Positions 36,346 through 44,425 of a stretch of DNA of 44,425 bases are shown in pieces. The position numbers and the translations under genes are program-made. The notes below the pieces were generated by a model. It ran no database searches, was not told where the DNA came from, and saw nothing but the letters and a program-made list of their open reading frames with translations. The stretch's first letter is position 1; every line of letters begins with the position of its first letter. The DNA is from an uncultured Leptolinea sp. (GTDB lineage Bacteria; Chloroflexota; Anaerolineae; Anaerolineales; Anaerolineaceae), in contig CAZEEL010000003.1 of NCBI GenBank assembly GCA_964511135.1, forward strand, positions 1-44,425, given 5' to 3'.

Positions 36346-37211
36346 ACCATTCAGCGTATTCGGTTAACATCGCGATAGATCAGGAAAAAGATTTTAAGCC
36401 GGTTCAGCATTCTTCACTGCCTGACCCTGATCGGCTGAGCGTTGTAACAGCGATCCTGGGTTTGGTTTATATTTTCTCTGCGATCATTAATGCCACTGTG
36501 GCGCCAATTACTTTTTCTGTTTTCAACTGGAATGTTCCCTTTAAGATGGGTATTTCTGACTGGGTTGGTTTTCTGCTGGCTTTATTGGCCGGTTTGGGGG
36601 CTGACTGGCTGGTGCAAAAGCATCCCAAACTGAACAAACAGCGAACTGTCCAATATGGGATTCTGCCTGCTCTGACTGCCTGGGCTCTGGGCATTATTCT
36701 TAATACCTTTACTTTTGAAGTTCGCTGGTGGGTAGTATTTGGTATGGGAATGCTGTTGCTGATTGTGGTATATATTTCTGAATATATTATTGTTGATCTG
36801 ACAGATATTCTGCATGTGCCGGCAACGATGGCGCTGATCGGGGTGTCTTTTGCTCTTTTTCTTATCCTGTGTATTGCGATTTCGTCGGTCAGTCTGCGTT
36901 TGTATGTCATTATTCCTACGATTGCGATTGCTTCTTATGGCATCAGCCTTCATACGCTTTACCTCAGGCTGCATGGTCAATGGGAATATGCCTGGGCCGC
37001 AGGAATTAGTATGGTTGTGCTGCAACTGGCCATTGCATTTCATTATTACCCCTTTTCGCCTTTGGTTTGGGGAATGATTTTGACTGGAACCAGCTATTCA
37101 CTGATCTCTCTGGCTGATAACCTGATCGGAGGAAAGAAGGGGGCTGCTTTATGGTTGGAGGCGGTGATTATGCCGGTTGTGTTATTTATTTTGACGCTGA
37201 TCCTTCTATAG
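36342..37211 (+). CDS. polytopic membrane protein of unknown function (289 aa)
   Basis: About 8 hydrophobic helices. Translationally coupled to the preceding small membrane protein. No recognised motif. Confidence 0.6.
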   Translation: MNHSAYSVNIAIDQEKDFKPVQHSSLPDPDRLSVVTAILGLVYIFSAIINATVAPITFSVFNWNVPFKMGISDWVGFLLALLAGLGADWLVQKHPKLNKQRTVQYGILPALTAWALGIILNTFTFEVRWWVVFGMGMLLLIVVYISEYIIVDLTDILHVPATMALIGVSFALFLILCIAISSVSLRLYVIIPTIAIASYGISLHTLYLRLHGQWEYAWAAGISMVVLQLAIAFHYYPFSPLVWGMILTGTSYSLISLADNLIGGKKGAALWLEAVIMPVVLFILTLILL

Positions 37212-37257
37212 AAAAATGAGAATGCCCTGAAAGTTTTATGGTGCGGTGCTTTGTTTA

Positions 37258-37400
37258 TGCATGTGAATTCGGGGCCCAATCTTTGACTGGATGAAGGATC
37301 AGGCTGACACAGCGTAGCCGTCTGTTTTGGGAAATGATGGATGGGGCGGGTTTCTGCTGAAATATGACGGAGAATTCCCGCAGGAAAATGACTGGATTCG
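37258..37400 (+). repeat. copy C of the dispersed element
   Basis: GCATGTGAATTCGGGGCCCAATCTTTGACTGGATGAAGGATCAGGCTGACACAGCGTAGCCGTCTGTTTTGGGAAATGATGGATGG..GGAAAATGACTGG aligns with copies A, B and D. Confidence 0.8.
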
Positions 37401-37515
37401 AGTTACCGGCAGGCCGGAGTTGGAAACCATGAAGCAGGGGTATGTAAATTTGTATCTTATTGTTTCAACAATTGAAGTGAAAACGGAGCGCGGCGCGGAA
37501 TTTGTTACTCAATAA
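37291..37515 (+). pseudogene. 75-codon reading frame interrupted by one in-frame TAG (37315..37317); the downstream part is the listed TTG-start 62-aa ORF
   Basis: ATG AAG GAT CAG GCT GAC ACA GCG TAG CCG TCT GTT TTG GGA.. continues as ..GNDGWGGFLLKYDGEFPQENDWIRVTGRPELETMKQGYVNLYLIVSTIEVKTERGAEFVTQ. There is no ATG or RBS for the 62-aa part. Confidence 0.45.
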
Positions 37516-37576
37516 TGATTGGGAGCCATACGATCTGTAATGACCATTGATAACAAACAACGCTGAGGTTTAATAT

Positions 37577-37615
37577 CGAACGAATCCCTGTCCTGGATGA
37601 GCCGTGATTCGTTCG
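37577..37615. other. perfect 10-bp inverted repeat (CGAACGAATC / GATTCGTTCG) with a 19-nt loop
   Basis: Seen directly between the 62-aa ORF and the convergent MBL gene. A weak T-rich run follows on the + strand. Confidence 0.5.
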
Positions 37616-37655
37616 GTAGTGCTTATTTTTCTTCCTGAGAAGACTTTTTAAAGGG

Positions 37656-38504
37656 TTACTCGTTCTCGGTGAGCAGCCTGGCTTTTCTGAGCAGGCTTCT
37701 GAGATTACGTTTATGTAATTCTCCTGCCATACCTGCCAGAAAGACCCGACTTTTCCCGCAACTGTCAATATCAATTTCTTCCAGCAATTCTTCGGCGTCC
37801 CTTTTTTTAGCGATGCTTTTGACGGCTTTGCGAATGGCTGCCAGATAAGAGAGATTCTCTTTTACGGCTTCTTCAATTTCGCCCCGTAAAATAATATCTC
37901 CATGCCCCTGAACGATGTTTTCAAGGCCCATTTTGCCAATTTGTTTAATGGTTGCTGACAGGTCGTCAAGGTCACCATCAACAATGTAGGGAAGGGCCAT
38001 AAAAGAATCGCCGGCGAAAAGTACTTTGTCTTCTTCTACCAGAATCATAATTCCGTCAGCGCTGTGACCTGGAGCCATCATGAAAATGAGATTTTTTTTG
38101 CCGACTTTGAAGGTCATTTCTCCGGATGAAAAAGTCATTTGCGGCAGAACAAGTTTTATTGATCGAAATTCAGGATTCTGCTTTTTTGCATTTTCCAATG
38201 CGGCCGGTGTTTTTAATTCCAGTGCATCGCGGGTTGCCTGACTTGAGATGATGGTTGCATTTGGGAAGAAGCAGTTTCCCCAGCAATGATCTGCATGATA
38301 GTGGGTGTTAATGACGTATCGAACCGGTAAGCCGAGTTCGTTTTCTATATAGGAGTTCATTGCAATGGTTTCTTCTGGCAGGGCCAGGGTGTCAATTACA
38401 ACGGCCCATTGCGGCGCAGTGATTGCTCCGGCAGTCACGTGAGCATAGACATCACTTTGAAACCAGTACACATTTTCTGAAACTCTTTCTCTTTGCATAA
38501 TCAC
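37656..38504 (-). CDS. MBL-fold metallo-hydrolase
   Basis: HxHxDH motif in THYHADHCWGN, a later GHSADG and the distal His in VQGHGD. Confidence 0.8.
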   Translation of the reverse strand: MIMQRERVSENVYWFQSDVYAHVTAGAITAPQWAVVIDTLALPEETIAMNSYIENELGLPVRYVINTHYHADHCWGNCFFPNATIISSQATRDALELKTPAALENAKKQNPEFRSIKLVLPQMTFSSGEMTFKVGKKNLIFMMAPGHSADGIMILVEEDKVLFAGDSFMALPYIVDGDLDDLSATIKQIGKMGLENIVQGHGDIILRGEIEEAVKENLSYLAAIRKAVKSIAKKRDAEELLEEIDIDSCGKSRVFLAGMAGELHKRNLRSLLRKARLLTENE

Positions 38505-38678
38505 CTGGAAAAATTAATTATTGTCGCTCAAAGAATAGCATAAATGAAGTTAAAAGTCAAAAAAAGGTCTTAAGAAAATGGGCAGAAAAAAAAGATTTTA
38601 AGAGAATAATCGTAGTGTCAATATGATCTTTATCTTATATAATGTAATAGTATCTTGTTTATGTAAGGAGGAAGAGAG

Positions 38679-39473
38679 ATGAAAAAATTTTTATTTGTTA
38701 TTGTATTAATCGCCCTGGTTTTTGCTGCTACGGGATGTCAACCGGCTGCTACTGCAGGCAACCATCTTGCTGAAATACAGAAGGCTGGTAAGCTGGTGGT
38801 AGGAACTTCGGCTGATTATGCTCCCTATGAATATGTTAATGAAAAAGGGGAGAAAACCGGTTTTGATATCGAACTTATCACGGAAATCGCAAAGCGAATG
38901 GGTGTAAAGCTGGAATTAATGGATATGCCTTTTGACAGTTTGATTCCCGCAGTGCAGGAGAAAAAGCTGGACGCTTCAATTTCCTGCTTCAATTACAGTG
39001 AAGACCGCGACAAACAGGTTGATTTCTCAGATGCTTATTACACCTCGGAAGATTCTTTCATGGTAAAAGAGGGTTTTACCGGAAAGTTTGAAAAACCTGA
39101 AGATGCGGCTGCTTATAAGGTGGCGGTTCAGTCTGGAACGACCCAGGATACCTGGCTGACAGAGAATCTGGTTACTCCGGGGCTGCTTCCTGAAGCGAAT
39201 TTACAGCGTTATGAGCGGGTAGATCAGGCGGCGCTTGATCTGGTTTCGGGCAGAGTAGATATGCTGATGTCTGACTTTGTTCCGGCTCAGGCGATTGTAA
39301 AGAAAAATGCCGGTTTAAAAATCATTTATAATGGCGTGCTCTCAACCGGTCCTTTGAACATTGTTCTTCAGGATGGGGATAAAGAATTGCAGGCTGAAAT
39401 GAATAAAATCATTAAACAGTTAAATGATGAAGGTTTTATTGAGGCACTGGCAGTAAAATATTTCAGCGAGTAA
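38679..39473 (+). CDS. polar amino-acid ABC transporter substrate-binding lipoprotein
   Basis: Signal/lipobox LVFAATGC. Family 3 SBP pattern GKLVVGTSADYAPYEY..GFDIEL. RBS AAGGAGG. Confidence 0.85.
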   Translation: MKKFLFVIVLIALVFAATGCQPAATAGNHLAEIQKAGKLVVGTSADYAPYEYVNEKGEKTGFDIELITEIAKRMGVKLELMDMPFDSLIPAVQEKKLDASISCFNYSEDRDKQVDFSDAYYTSEDSFMVKEGFTGKFEKPEDAAAYKVAVQSGTTQDTWLTENLVTPGLLPEANLQRYERVDQAALDLVSGRVDMLMSDFVPAQAIVKKNAGLKIIYNGVLSTGPLNIVLQDGDKELQAEMNKIIKQLNDEGFIEALAVKYFSE

Positions 39474-39483
39474 TCGAGTTTTC

Positions 39484-39517
39484 ATAAAGACAGGGAGCAT
39501 ACGCCCCCTGTCTTTAT
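39484..39517 (+). terminator. intra-operon hairpin after the binding-protein gene (12-bp perfect stem)
   Basis: ATAAAGACAGGG-agcatacgcc-CCCTGTCTTTAT, 11 nt after the stop. Only a short U-rich 3' end, so it is probably a partial terminator or an mRNA-stability element. Confidence 0.5.
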
Positions 39518-39542
39518 TATGATCAGTTGGGTGGGTTCAGCC

Positions 39543-40187
39543 ATGGACGTCAGTTTTTTTCTGAAATATATTCTTTTCGGCACAGCCTATACGTTAGGAG
39601 TTGCTTTGATTTCTTTGCCGATTGGGCTGTTGATCGGGGGTATATTTGCTTTGCTGTTCGTTTACGGCCCGGTCATGCTCAGAAAGGTCTTATCGGTTTA
39701 TAGTACGGTTATGCGTGGTTTGCCGCCAATTGTGCTTTTATTGATCTTATATTTTTTAATTTCCGGCAAAATCAACCTTAGCCCATTACTGTCCGGTGCC
39801 TTCTCTCTGGGGGTTATCAGCAGTGCCTATCAGATGGAAATTATTCGGGGGGCGCTGCTTTCCATCAGCGGCGGTCAGATGATGGCTGCCCGGGCCATCG
39901 GAATGAGTAAATTACAGGCCATTGTGAATGTAATTATTCCTCAGGCTATCCGGGTGGTCATTCCTCCGTGGTCTAATGAAGCTGCTATTGTCATAAAAGA
40001 TTCCTCTCTGGTTTATGCCTTGGGAGTGCCTGAAATATTGCGGCGGGCTCAATTGATCAGCGCCAGCACACAGCAGCCCTTTCTTGCATACGCTACTGCA
40101 GCGGTTATCTATTTTGTTTTGGTATTAACCACGACACAGCTCCTGGATTGGCTGGAAAGAAAATTGCGCATTCCAGCGAATCCATAG
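39543..40187 (+). CDS. amino-acid ABC transporter permease (His/Glu/Gln/Arg/opine family)
   Basis: EAA-type loop [32 protein letters not shown]. Start placed at MDVSFF because the listed ATG at 39519 sits directly after the hairpin with no RBS. Confidence 0.8.
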   Translation: MDVSFFLKYILFGTAYTLGVALISLPIGLLIGGIFALLFVYGPVMLRKVLSVYSTVMRGLPPIVLLLILYFLISGKINLSPLLSGAFSLGVISSAYQMEIIRGALLSISGGQMMAARAIGMSKLQAIVNVIIPQAIRVVIPPWSNEAAIVIKDSSLVYALGVPEILRRAQLISASTQQPFLAYATAAVIYFVLVLTTTQLLDWLERKLRIPANP

Positions 40188-40206
40188 CAAAGATGAGGAG
40201 AGATGT

Positions 40207-40998
40207 ATGCAAAAAAACAATAAAGATCATCTGAACCCAATCCTGAAAATAAGGGGATTGACCAAAAAATACGGCGAGAAGGTCATCTTTCAGAATCTTG
40301 ATCTCGATGTCAATGAGGGAGATACGGTAGTGATTATTGGCCCCAGCGGGACCGGGAAAAGTACCTTACTGCGGTGTGTCAACCTGTTGACCAAAACAAA
40401 TGAAGGGCAAATATGGCTGGATGATGATGAAATCACCCGGCACGGGCATGCCGAAGATCAGGTGAGGCAGCATATTGGGATGGTTTTTCAGAACTTTCTC
40501 CTTTTTAATCACCTGACCGCATTAGATAATGTTATGCTTGGTTTACTGAAAGTGAAACACATGAGCAAAGAATCTGCCCGTACTTTGGCATTGAAAGAAT
40601 TGGATCGTGTTGGGTTACGCGATCAATCTGCTCATTACCCGGGCCAATTATCCGGCGGACAGCAGCAGCGGGTTGCCATTGCGCGTGCTTTGGCGATGGA
40701 GCCGCGTATTATGCTTTTTGATGAACCAACTTCTGCGCTTGACCCGGAATTAATCGGCGAAGTGTTGGAGGTAATGCGGGAGCTGGCTCTGGACGGGATG
40801 ACGATGTTGGTTGTAACGCATGAAATGGGCTTTGCCCGCGAAGTGGCAGATCGGATTGTGTTTCTTGAAAAGGGTGGTATTGTAGAAGAAGGTGACCCGC
40901 AGACAATGTTCGAGAACCCGAAACATGCCCGTACCCGTGAGTTCTTATGGAAGATTACGGAACTGTACGGCAGTAAGGAGAAACCCGCCCATGGTTGA
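40207..40998 (+). CDS. amino-acid ABC transporter ATP-binding protein
   Basis: Walker [10 protein letters not shown], signature [15 protein letters not shown], Walker [13 protein letters not shown]-loop VTHEM. Confidence 0.9.
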   Translation: MQKNNKDHLNPILKIRGLTKKYGEKVIFQNLDLDVNEGDTVVIIGPSGTGKSTLLRCVNLLTKTNEGQIWLDDDEITRHGHAEDQVRQHIGMVFQNFLLFNHLTALDNVMLGLLKVKHMSKESARTLALKELDRVGLRDQSAHYPGQLSGGQQQRVAIARALAMEPRIMLFDEPTSALDPELIGEVLEVMRELALDGMTMLVVTHEMGFAREVADRIVFLEKGGIVEEGDPQTMFENPKHARTREFLWKITELYGSKEKPAHG

Positions 40999-41671
40999 GT
41001 GGTTTTTAAGATTTCAACGTTTTCTTCCGGATTTTTTTAATGGGGCACTGGTTACCCTTGAGCTGACCTTTGTAGGGTTATTGATCGGGTTTGTCCTGGG
41101 GATTGTGCTGGCAATTTTACGTGTTTATGGGTCTCCATTTTTCAGCAAACTGTCCAATGGATATATGATGATCTTTCGGGGTACTCCGCTGTTGGTTCAG
41201 CTTTTTCTGATTTACTATGGGCTTCCTTCTTTGGGAATTACTCTTTCTCAAACCGTGTCAGCCTATCTGGCTTTAGGGTTGAACAGCGCAGCCTATCAGG
41301 CTGAGTATTTTCGAGGAGCCATTCAATCAATCGGTGAATCGCAAATGACCGCCGGGCGGGCGATTGGTCTTTCTCGCTGGGGCGCAGTTCGGTATGTGAT
41401 ACTGCCTCAGGCGTTGCGGGTCGTGATTCCGGCCTGGTCTAATGAGCCAATTTCTTTGTTAAAAACAACGGCTGTGGTTTTTTTAATTGCTGTGCAGGAT
41501 TTAATGGCCAGAGGCAAAAGGGCTGCAACCATCACCTATGATCCTATTGGCAGCTATCTGGCTGTAGCGGTCATTTATTTGATCATGGTCTTTATTCTTT
41601 ATGAAGTTCTCAGATATCTGGAAAAGAAAATCCGTATTCCGGGTTTTGAAATTGAAACCAAAAAAACCTAG
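40991..41671 (+). CDS. amino-acid ABC transporter permease (second subunit)
   Basis: The loop [32 protein letters not shown] is paralogous to the first permease. Start placed at MVEWFLRF, where the ATG overlaps the ATPase stop (ATGGTTGA). Confidence 0.8.
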   Translation: MVEWFLRFQRFLPDFFNGALVTLELTFVGLLIGFVLGIVLAILRVYGSPFFSKLSNGYMMIFRGTPLLVQLFLIYYGLPSLGITLSQTVSAYLALGLNSAAYQAEYFRGAIQSIGESQMTAGRAIGLSRWGAVRYVILPQALRVVIPAWSNEPISLLKTTAVVFLIAVQDLMARGKRAATITYDPIGSYLAVAVIYLIMVFILYEVLRYLEKKIRIPGFEIETKKT

Positions 41672-41783
41672 ATTTCAGTGGGGATGTTGCTGAGCCTCAG
41701 TTGCATACAGACCAATATGTAACATTGCCTGTTGTTTGTATCACTTTTTTCGATACTTTCCATTTTATATGATATTATAAAAC

Positions 41784-41835
41784 GTTGTTAATGAAGTTTT
41801 GAATGATGTTAACATAATTGTAAAGTGTTGTTAAC
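41784..41835 (+). promoter_or_regulatory. three phased direct repeats GTTGTTAAT / GATGTTAAC / GTTGTTAAC, starts 21 and 22 nt apart
   Basis: Starts at 41784, 41805 and 41827, read directly. They lie 55-105 nt upstream of the FIST-EAL ATG (41890) in an AT-rich spacer. Confidence 0.5.
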
Positions 41836-41889
41836 GCATATTTGTTTGCAGTAACGTATTTGCTGCATAGCTTTAATGAGGTGAGTTAT

Positions 41890-44406
41890 ATGAATAACTT
41901 AAGCATGTTATATCATCGCATTGATGATATTACGTCACTGATTAACAATGATGTGTTGAATCCGCAAAAAGAGTATCTGGTTCGAATTTATACCGCCAAC
42001 TGCGAAAGTAATGAGGCGGTAGAGATTGCACGGGAAATAAAAAGCTTGTTTCCCCGGTGCAGTATTATTGGCGCTACAACGGTGGGCCTGATGTTTAAAG
42101 ATGTTTTTTATGAAGAGGAGACCATGGTTATTTTTGAGCATTTTGAACATGCTCAATGTGCGGTTCAATCTTTTTACCACGAAGCTGTTTCAACAAAAGA
42201 ACTTGCCGGAAAAATGGCTTCTTTTGCCAATGATTTTTCTGCCAGACTGATGCATGTGATGTTTTCCCGTGAATTTACCAGCGCGCATGGCCTTGTTGAA
42301 GAGTTTAACAGGTTGAATAACACAACACTGCTGGTCGGGGGGGCGGCTGGCGACATTTTTTATAAAGGCATTAACTCCTATGTGTTTGACGATGAAGGGG
42401 TTAAATCGGATTGCATTATGTGTGCGGCTATTTCAGGGAAGGATGTTCACGTTAAAAGCTGGGTAAATATTCCGCATGAGCCCATCAGTGAAGTGTTTAC
42501 GATTACCAAAACGCAGGGCTCGGCAATAAAAACGATTGATGATAAAGATGCTAAAGAGTGGATTGCAGAGTATCTGGGCGTTCAGAATCTGTATCAATAT
42601 CCGGATTATCGGACTTCTGCTGAAAAAGACGAGCTGGCTCATTTTCCTTTTGTGCTTGAAGGGCATAGTGGGGCAAGCCGTTTATTGTATTACGACAGCA
42701 GCCGCGATGCTGTATGCCAGTACTTCAGCGAAGTTCCGGAGGGTACACGTTTCAGAATTGGTTATGCAAGCCCAAAAAGTGTTGCGACCAATACGTATAG
42801 TATTTGCCGGGATTTGCCTTTCCAGCCGGTCGAAAGTATATTTCATTACAGTTGTTTTTTCAGGAAGCTCTATTTTGACAACTGTACCGAGTGGGAAATG
42901 TCGCCTTACCGTGGCAATGGCCTGTGCGGTGTGTTTTTAAACGGTGAAATTGGAAATACCGGAGAATCAAACGAGTGTCTTTGCGGCTCAAGCGTGCTGG
43001 TATCGGTGGCAGAAAATGAAACTTTTATCAGGCCTGATATGGAGTGTTTTAAAACCATAAATGCCATTGAAGATAAAACGCAGGAGCTTTTAAATTATGT
43101 TCTTATAAAGCAAAAAAATATCCTGAGCGAAAACAATAAAAAACTTTTATATAAACTTACGCTTCATCAGGATTATTTGAAAAGCGGTCTTTATTATGAT
43201 TCGATCATGGGGCTTCCCAATTCTTTAAAATATCGGGAGGATTTAAAAAATAAAAAATTCGATAAAATCTGTATACTCAGTGTTGAAAACAGCCTGAGTC
43301 TGATAACGCATGTAAACCATGAAGGTTATTATGCAGTCATTAATTCTGCTTTATCTGCTCTGAAGTCTTATTTGCAAACGACCGATATTGGAGAAATACT
43401 CGACCTTTATTGTATCAATGAAGGTGTGTTTATGTTGGCTGCGTGCAGTGATATAGGAGAAGCGGCATTTAAAAAAGTCGCAGAAGAATTATTTAACCGT
43501 TTTCACTTTTTTACCGTGAATGATCGTAATGTTGTGGTGGTGAGCCGTTTTGTGTTGGTATTCAATCAGGCAGATCTCATGGAAGCTGCTTTTATTGCTT
43601 TACGGGATTCACAGTATGAACAGGTTCCCTTTCTGGTTGTTAACGATATCGTTTCGCGCGGGCCGATTGCAGATGATGAGTTTGAAACCCTTAGTATTTT
43701 AAACAATGCCCTGGCATACGATGGGGTAGTGCCTTATTTCCAGGGTATTTACAATAATGAGCTGCATTGTATCGACCGATATGAAGCTTTAATGCGCATA
43801 AAGGATGTTGATGGAACGATCTATCTTCCGTCCAGGTTTTTGGCGATTGCAAAAAAGTACCATTTGTATACTTACCTCAGTATGCGAATGATAAATGCCG
43901 TGCTGGATCGCTTTAAAAATCGCAAGGAAATCATCAGCCTGAATATATCTGCTTTTGATATTGATTCGCCGATGGTGCGAAACCTGATATTTGAAAAATT
44001 ACAGAAAACAGAAGACTGTTCCAGAATAATATTTGAAATTGTTGAAAATGAATATTTGAGTAACCTGGGGATCGTTAAAGATTTCATCGGAAAAATCCAC
44101 GATTTTGGCGCAAAGATCGCCATTGATGATTTTGGATCAGGGTATTCAAATTTGCGCGAAATTATTGCCATACGACCTGACTATATTAAAATATACGGCG
44201 ATATTGTTAAAAATATCAGCACTGATATCGTTAACAATATTATGATTGAAACGGTCTTTTCTCTGGCAAATCGCTTACAGACAGAGCTTATTGCCGAATT
44301 TGTGGAAAATGAAAAGATACAGTATCATGTGGAAAAATATCGTATTAATTATTCTCAGGGGTTTCTGTTCAGTATGCCTGCGCCCTTTGAACAGGTTTTT
44401 CACTGA
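41890..44406 (+). CDS. FIST sensor / degenerate GGDEF / EAL-domain protein (putative c-di-GMP phosphodiesterase)
   Basis: Start placed at MNNLSMLYH after GAGGTG. FIST-like N-terminal half (LLVGGAAGD, GVFLNGEIG). GGDEF-like middle (MGLPNS..) with INEGVF in place of GGDEF. EAL motifs YEALMR, FEIVENE, DDFGSGYSNL, AEFVENE and SQGFLFSMP. Confidence 0.85.
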   Translation: MNNLSMLYHRIDDITSLINNDVLNPQKEYLVRIYTANCESNEAVEIAREIKSLFPRCSIIGATTVGLMFKDVFYEEETMVIFEHFEHAQCAVQSFYHEAVSTKELAGKMASFANDFSARLMHVMFSREFTSAHGLVEEFNRLNNTTLLVGGAAGDIFYKGINSYVFDDEGVKSDCIMCAAISGKDVHVKSWVNIPHEPISEVFTITKTQGSAIKTIDDKDAKEWIAEYLGVQNLYQYPDYRTSAEKDELAHFPFVLEGHSGASRLLYYDSSRDAVCQYFSEVPEGTRFRIGYASPKSVATNTYSICRDLPFQPVESIFHYSCFFRKLYFDNCTEWEMSPYRGNGLCGVFLNGEIGNTGESNECLCGSSVLVSVAENETFIRPDMECFKTINAIEDKTQELLNYVLIKQKNILSENNKKLLYKLTLHQDYLKSGLYYDSIMGLPNSLKYREDLKNKKFDKICILSVENSLSLITHVNHEGYYAVINSALSALKSYLQTTDIGEILDLYCINEGVFMLAACSDIGEAAFKKVAEELFNRFHFFTVNDRNVVVVSRFVLVFNQADLMEAAFIALRDSQYEQVPFLVVNDIVSRGPIADDEFETLSILNNALAYDGVVPYFQGIYNNELHCIDRYEALMRIKDVDGTIYLPSRFLAIAKKYHLYTYLSMRMINAVLDRFKNRKEIISLNISAFDIDSPMVRNLIFEKLQKTEDCSRIIFEIVENEYLSNLGIVKDFIGKIHDFGAKIAIDDFGSGYSNLREIIAIRPDYIKIYGDIVKNISTDIVNNIMIETVFSLANRLQTELIAEFVENEKIQYHVEKYRINYSQGFLFSMPAPFEQVFH

Positions 44407-44425
44407 AACGAAAAAAGATCTGCTG

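Noticed and set aside
36467-37043. 147-aa and 153-aa minus-strand ORFs
   Set aside because: They are antisense to the 289-aa membrane protein. Their basic, low-complexity translations are typical of the reverse frame of hydrophobic genes.

Overview
This 44.4-kb window is mostly chromosomal core genes. Gene order and the Pro/Thr-rich linkers suggest a Chloroflexota (Anaerolineae-like) bacterium, but that is inference only.

Gene content, in window order:
- A partial clpB runs off the left edge and is missing from the ORF track.
- arfB, a nitroreductase and a thioredoxin-TPR protein follow.
- A cell-wall group comprises an L,D-transpeptidase, an Amidase_3 enzyme and a class A PBP.
- An orphan AMMECR1 gene.
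- An operon of a GH63/MGH1-like hydrolase plus two DarA-type c-di-AMP receptor paralogs.
- The conserved minus-strand block nusA-ylxR-infB-rbfA-nrnA-truB-ribF-thyX.
- An alpha/beta hydrolase.
- mntABCD-mntR.
- A GH13 alpha-glucosidase and gyrB.
- Three uncharacterised membrane proteins and an MBL-fold hydrolase.
- A polar amino-acid ABC transporter and a FIST-GGDEF(degenerate)-EAL protein.

I saw no rRNA, tRNA, CRISPR array, transposase, integrase or recognisable defence genes.

Most unusual observations:
1. A dispersed element of about 100 nt occurs in four intergenic copies (8334, 9103, 31081 reversed, 37258). Its substitutions look codon-like, and only one copy continues into a 62-aa ORF, behind an in-frame TAG.
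2. Two c-di-AMP receptor paralogs are co-transcribed with a hydrolase that resembles compatible-solute hydrolases.
3. Both Mn-type ABC permeases carry C-terminal winged-helix-like tails, in addition to a stand-alone MntR.
4. The nusA leader contains 14-nt tandem repeats and a terminator-like hairpin.
5. Three direct repeats phased at 21-22 nt lie upstream of the AT-rich FIST-EAL gene.

All function calls rest on motifs read by eye. No database search was run.
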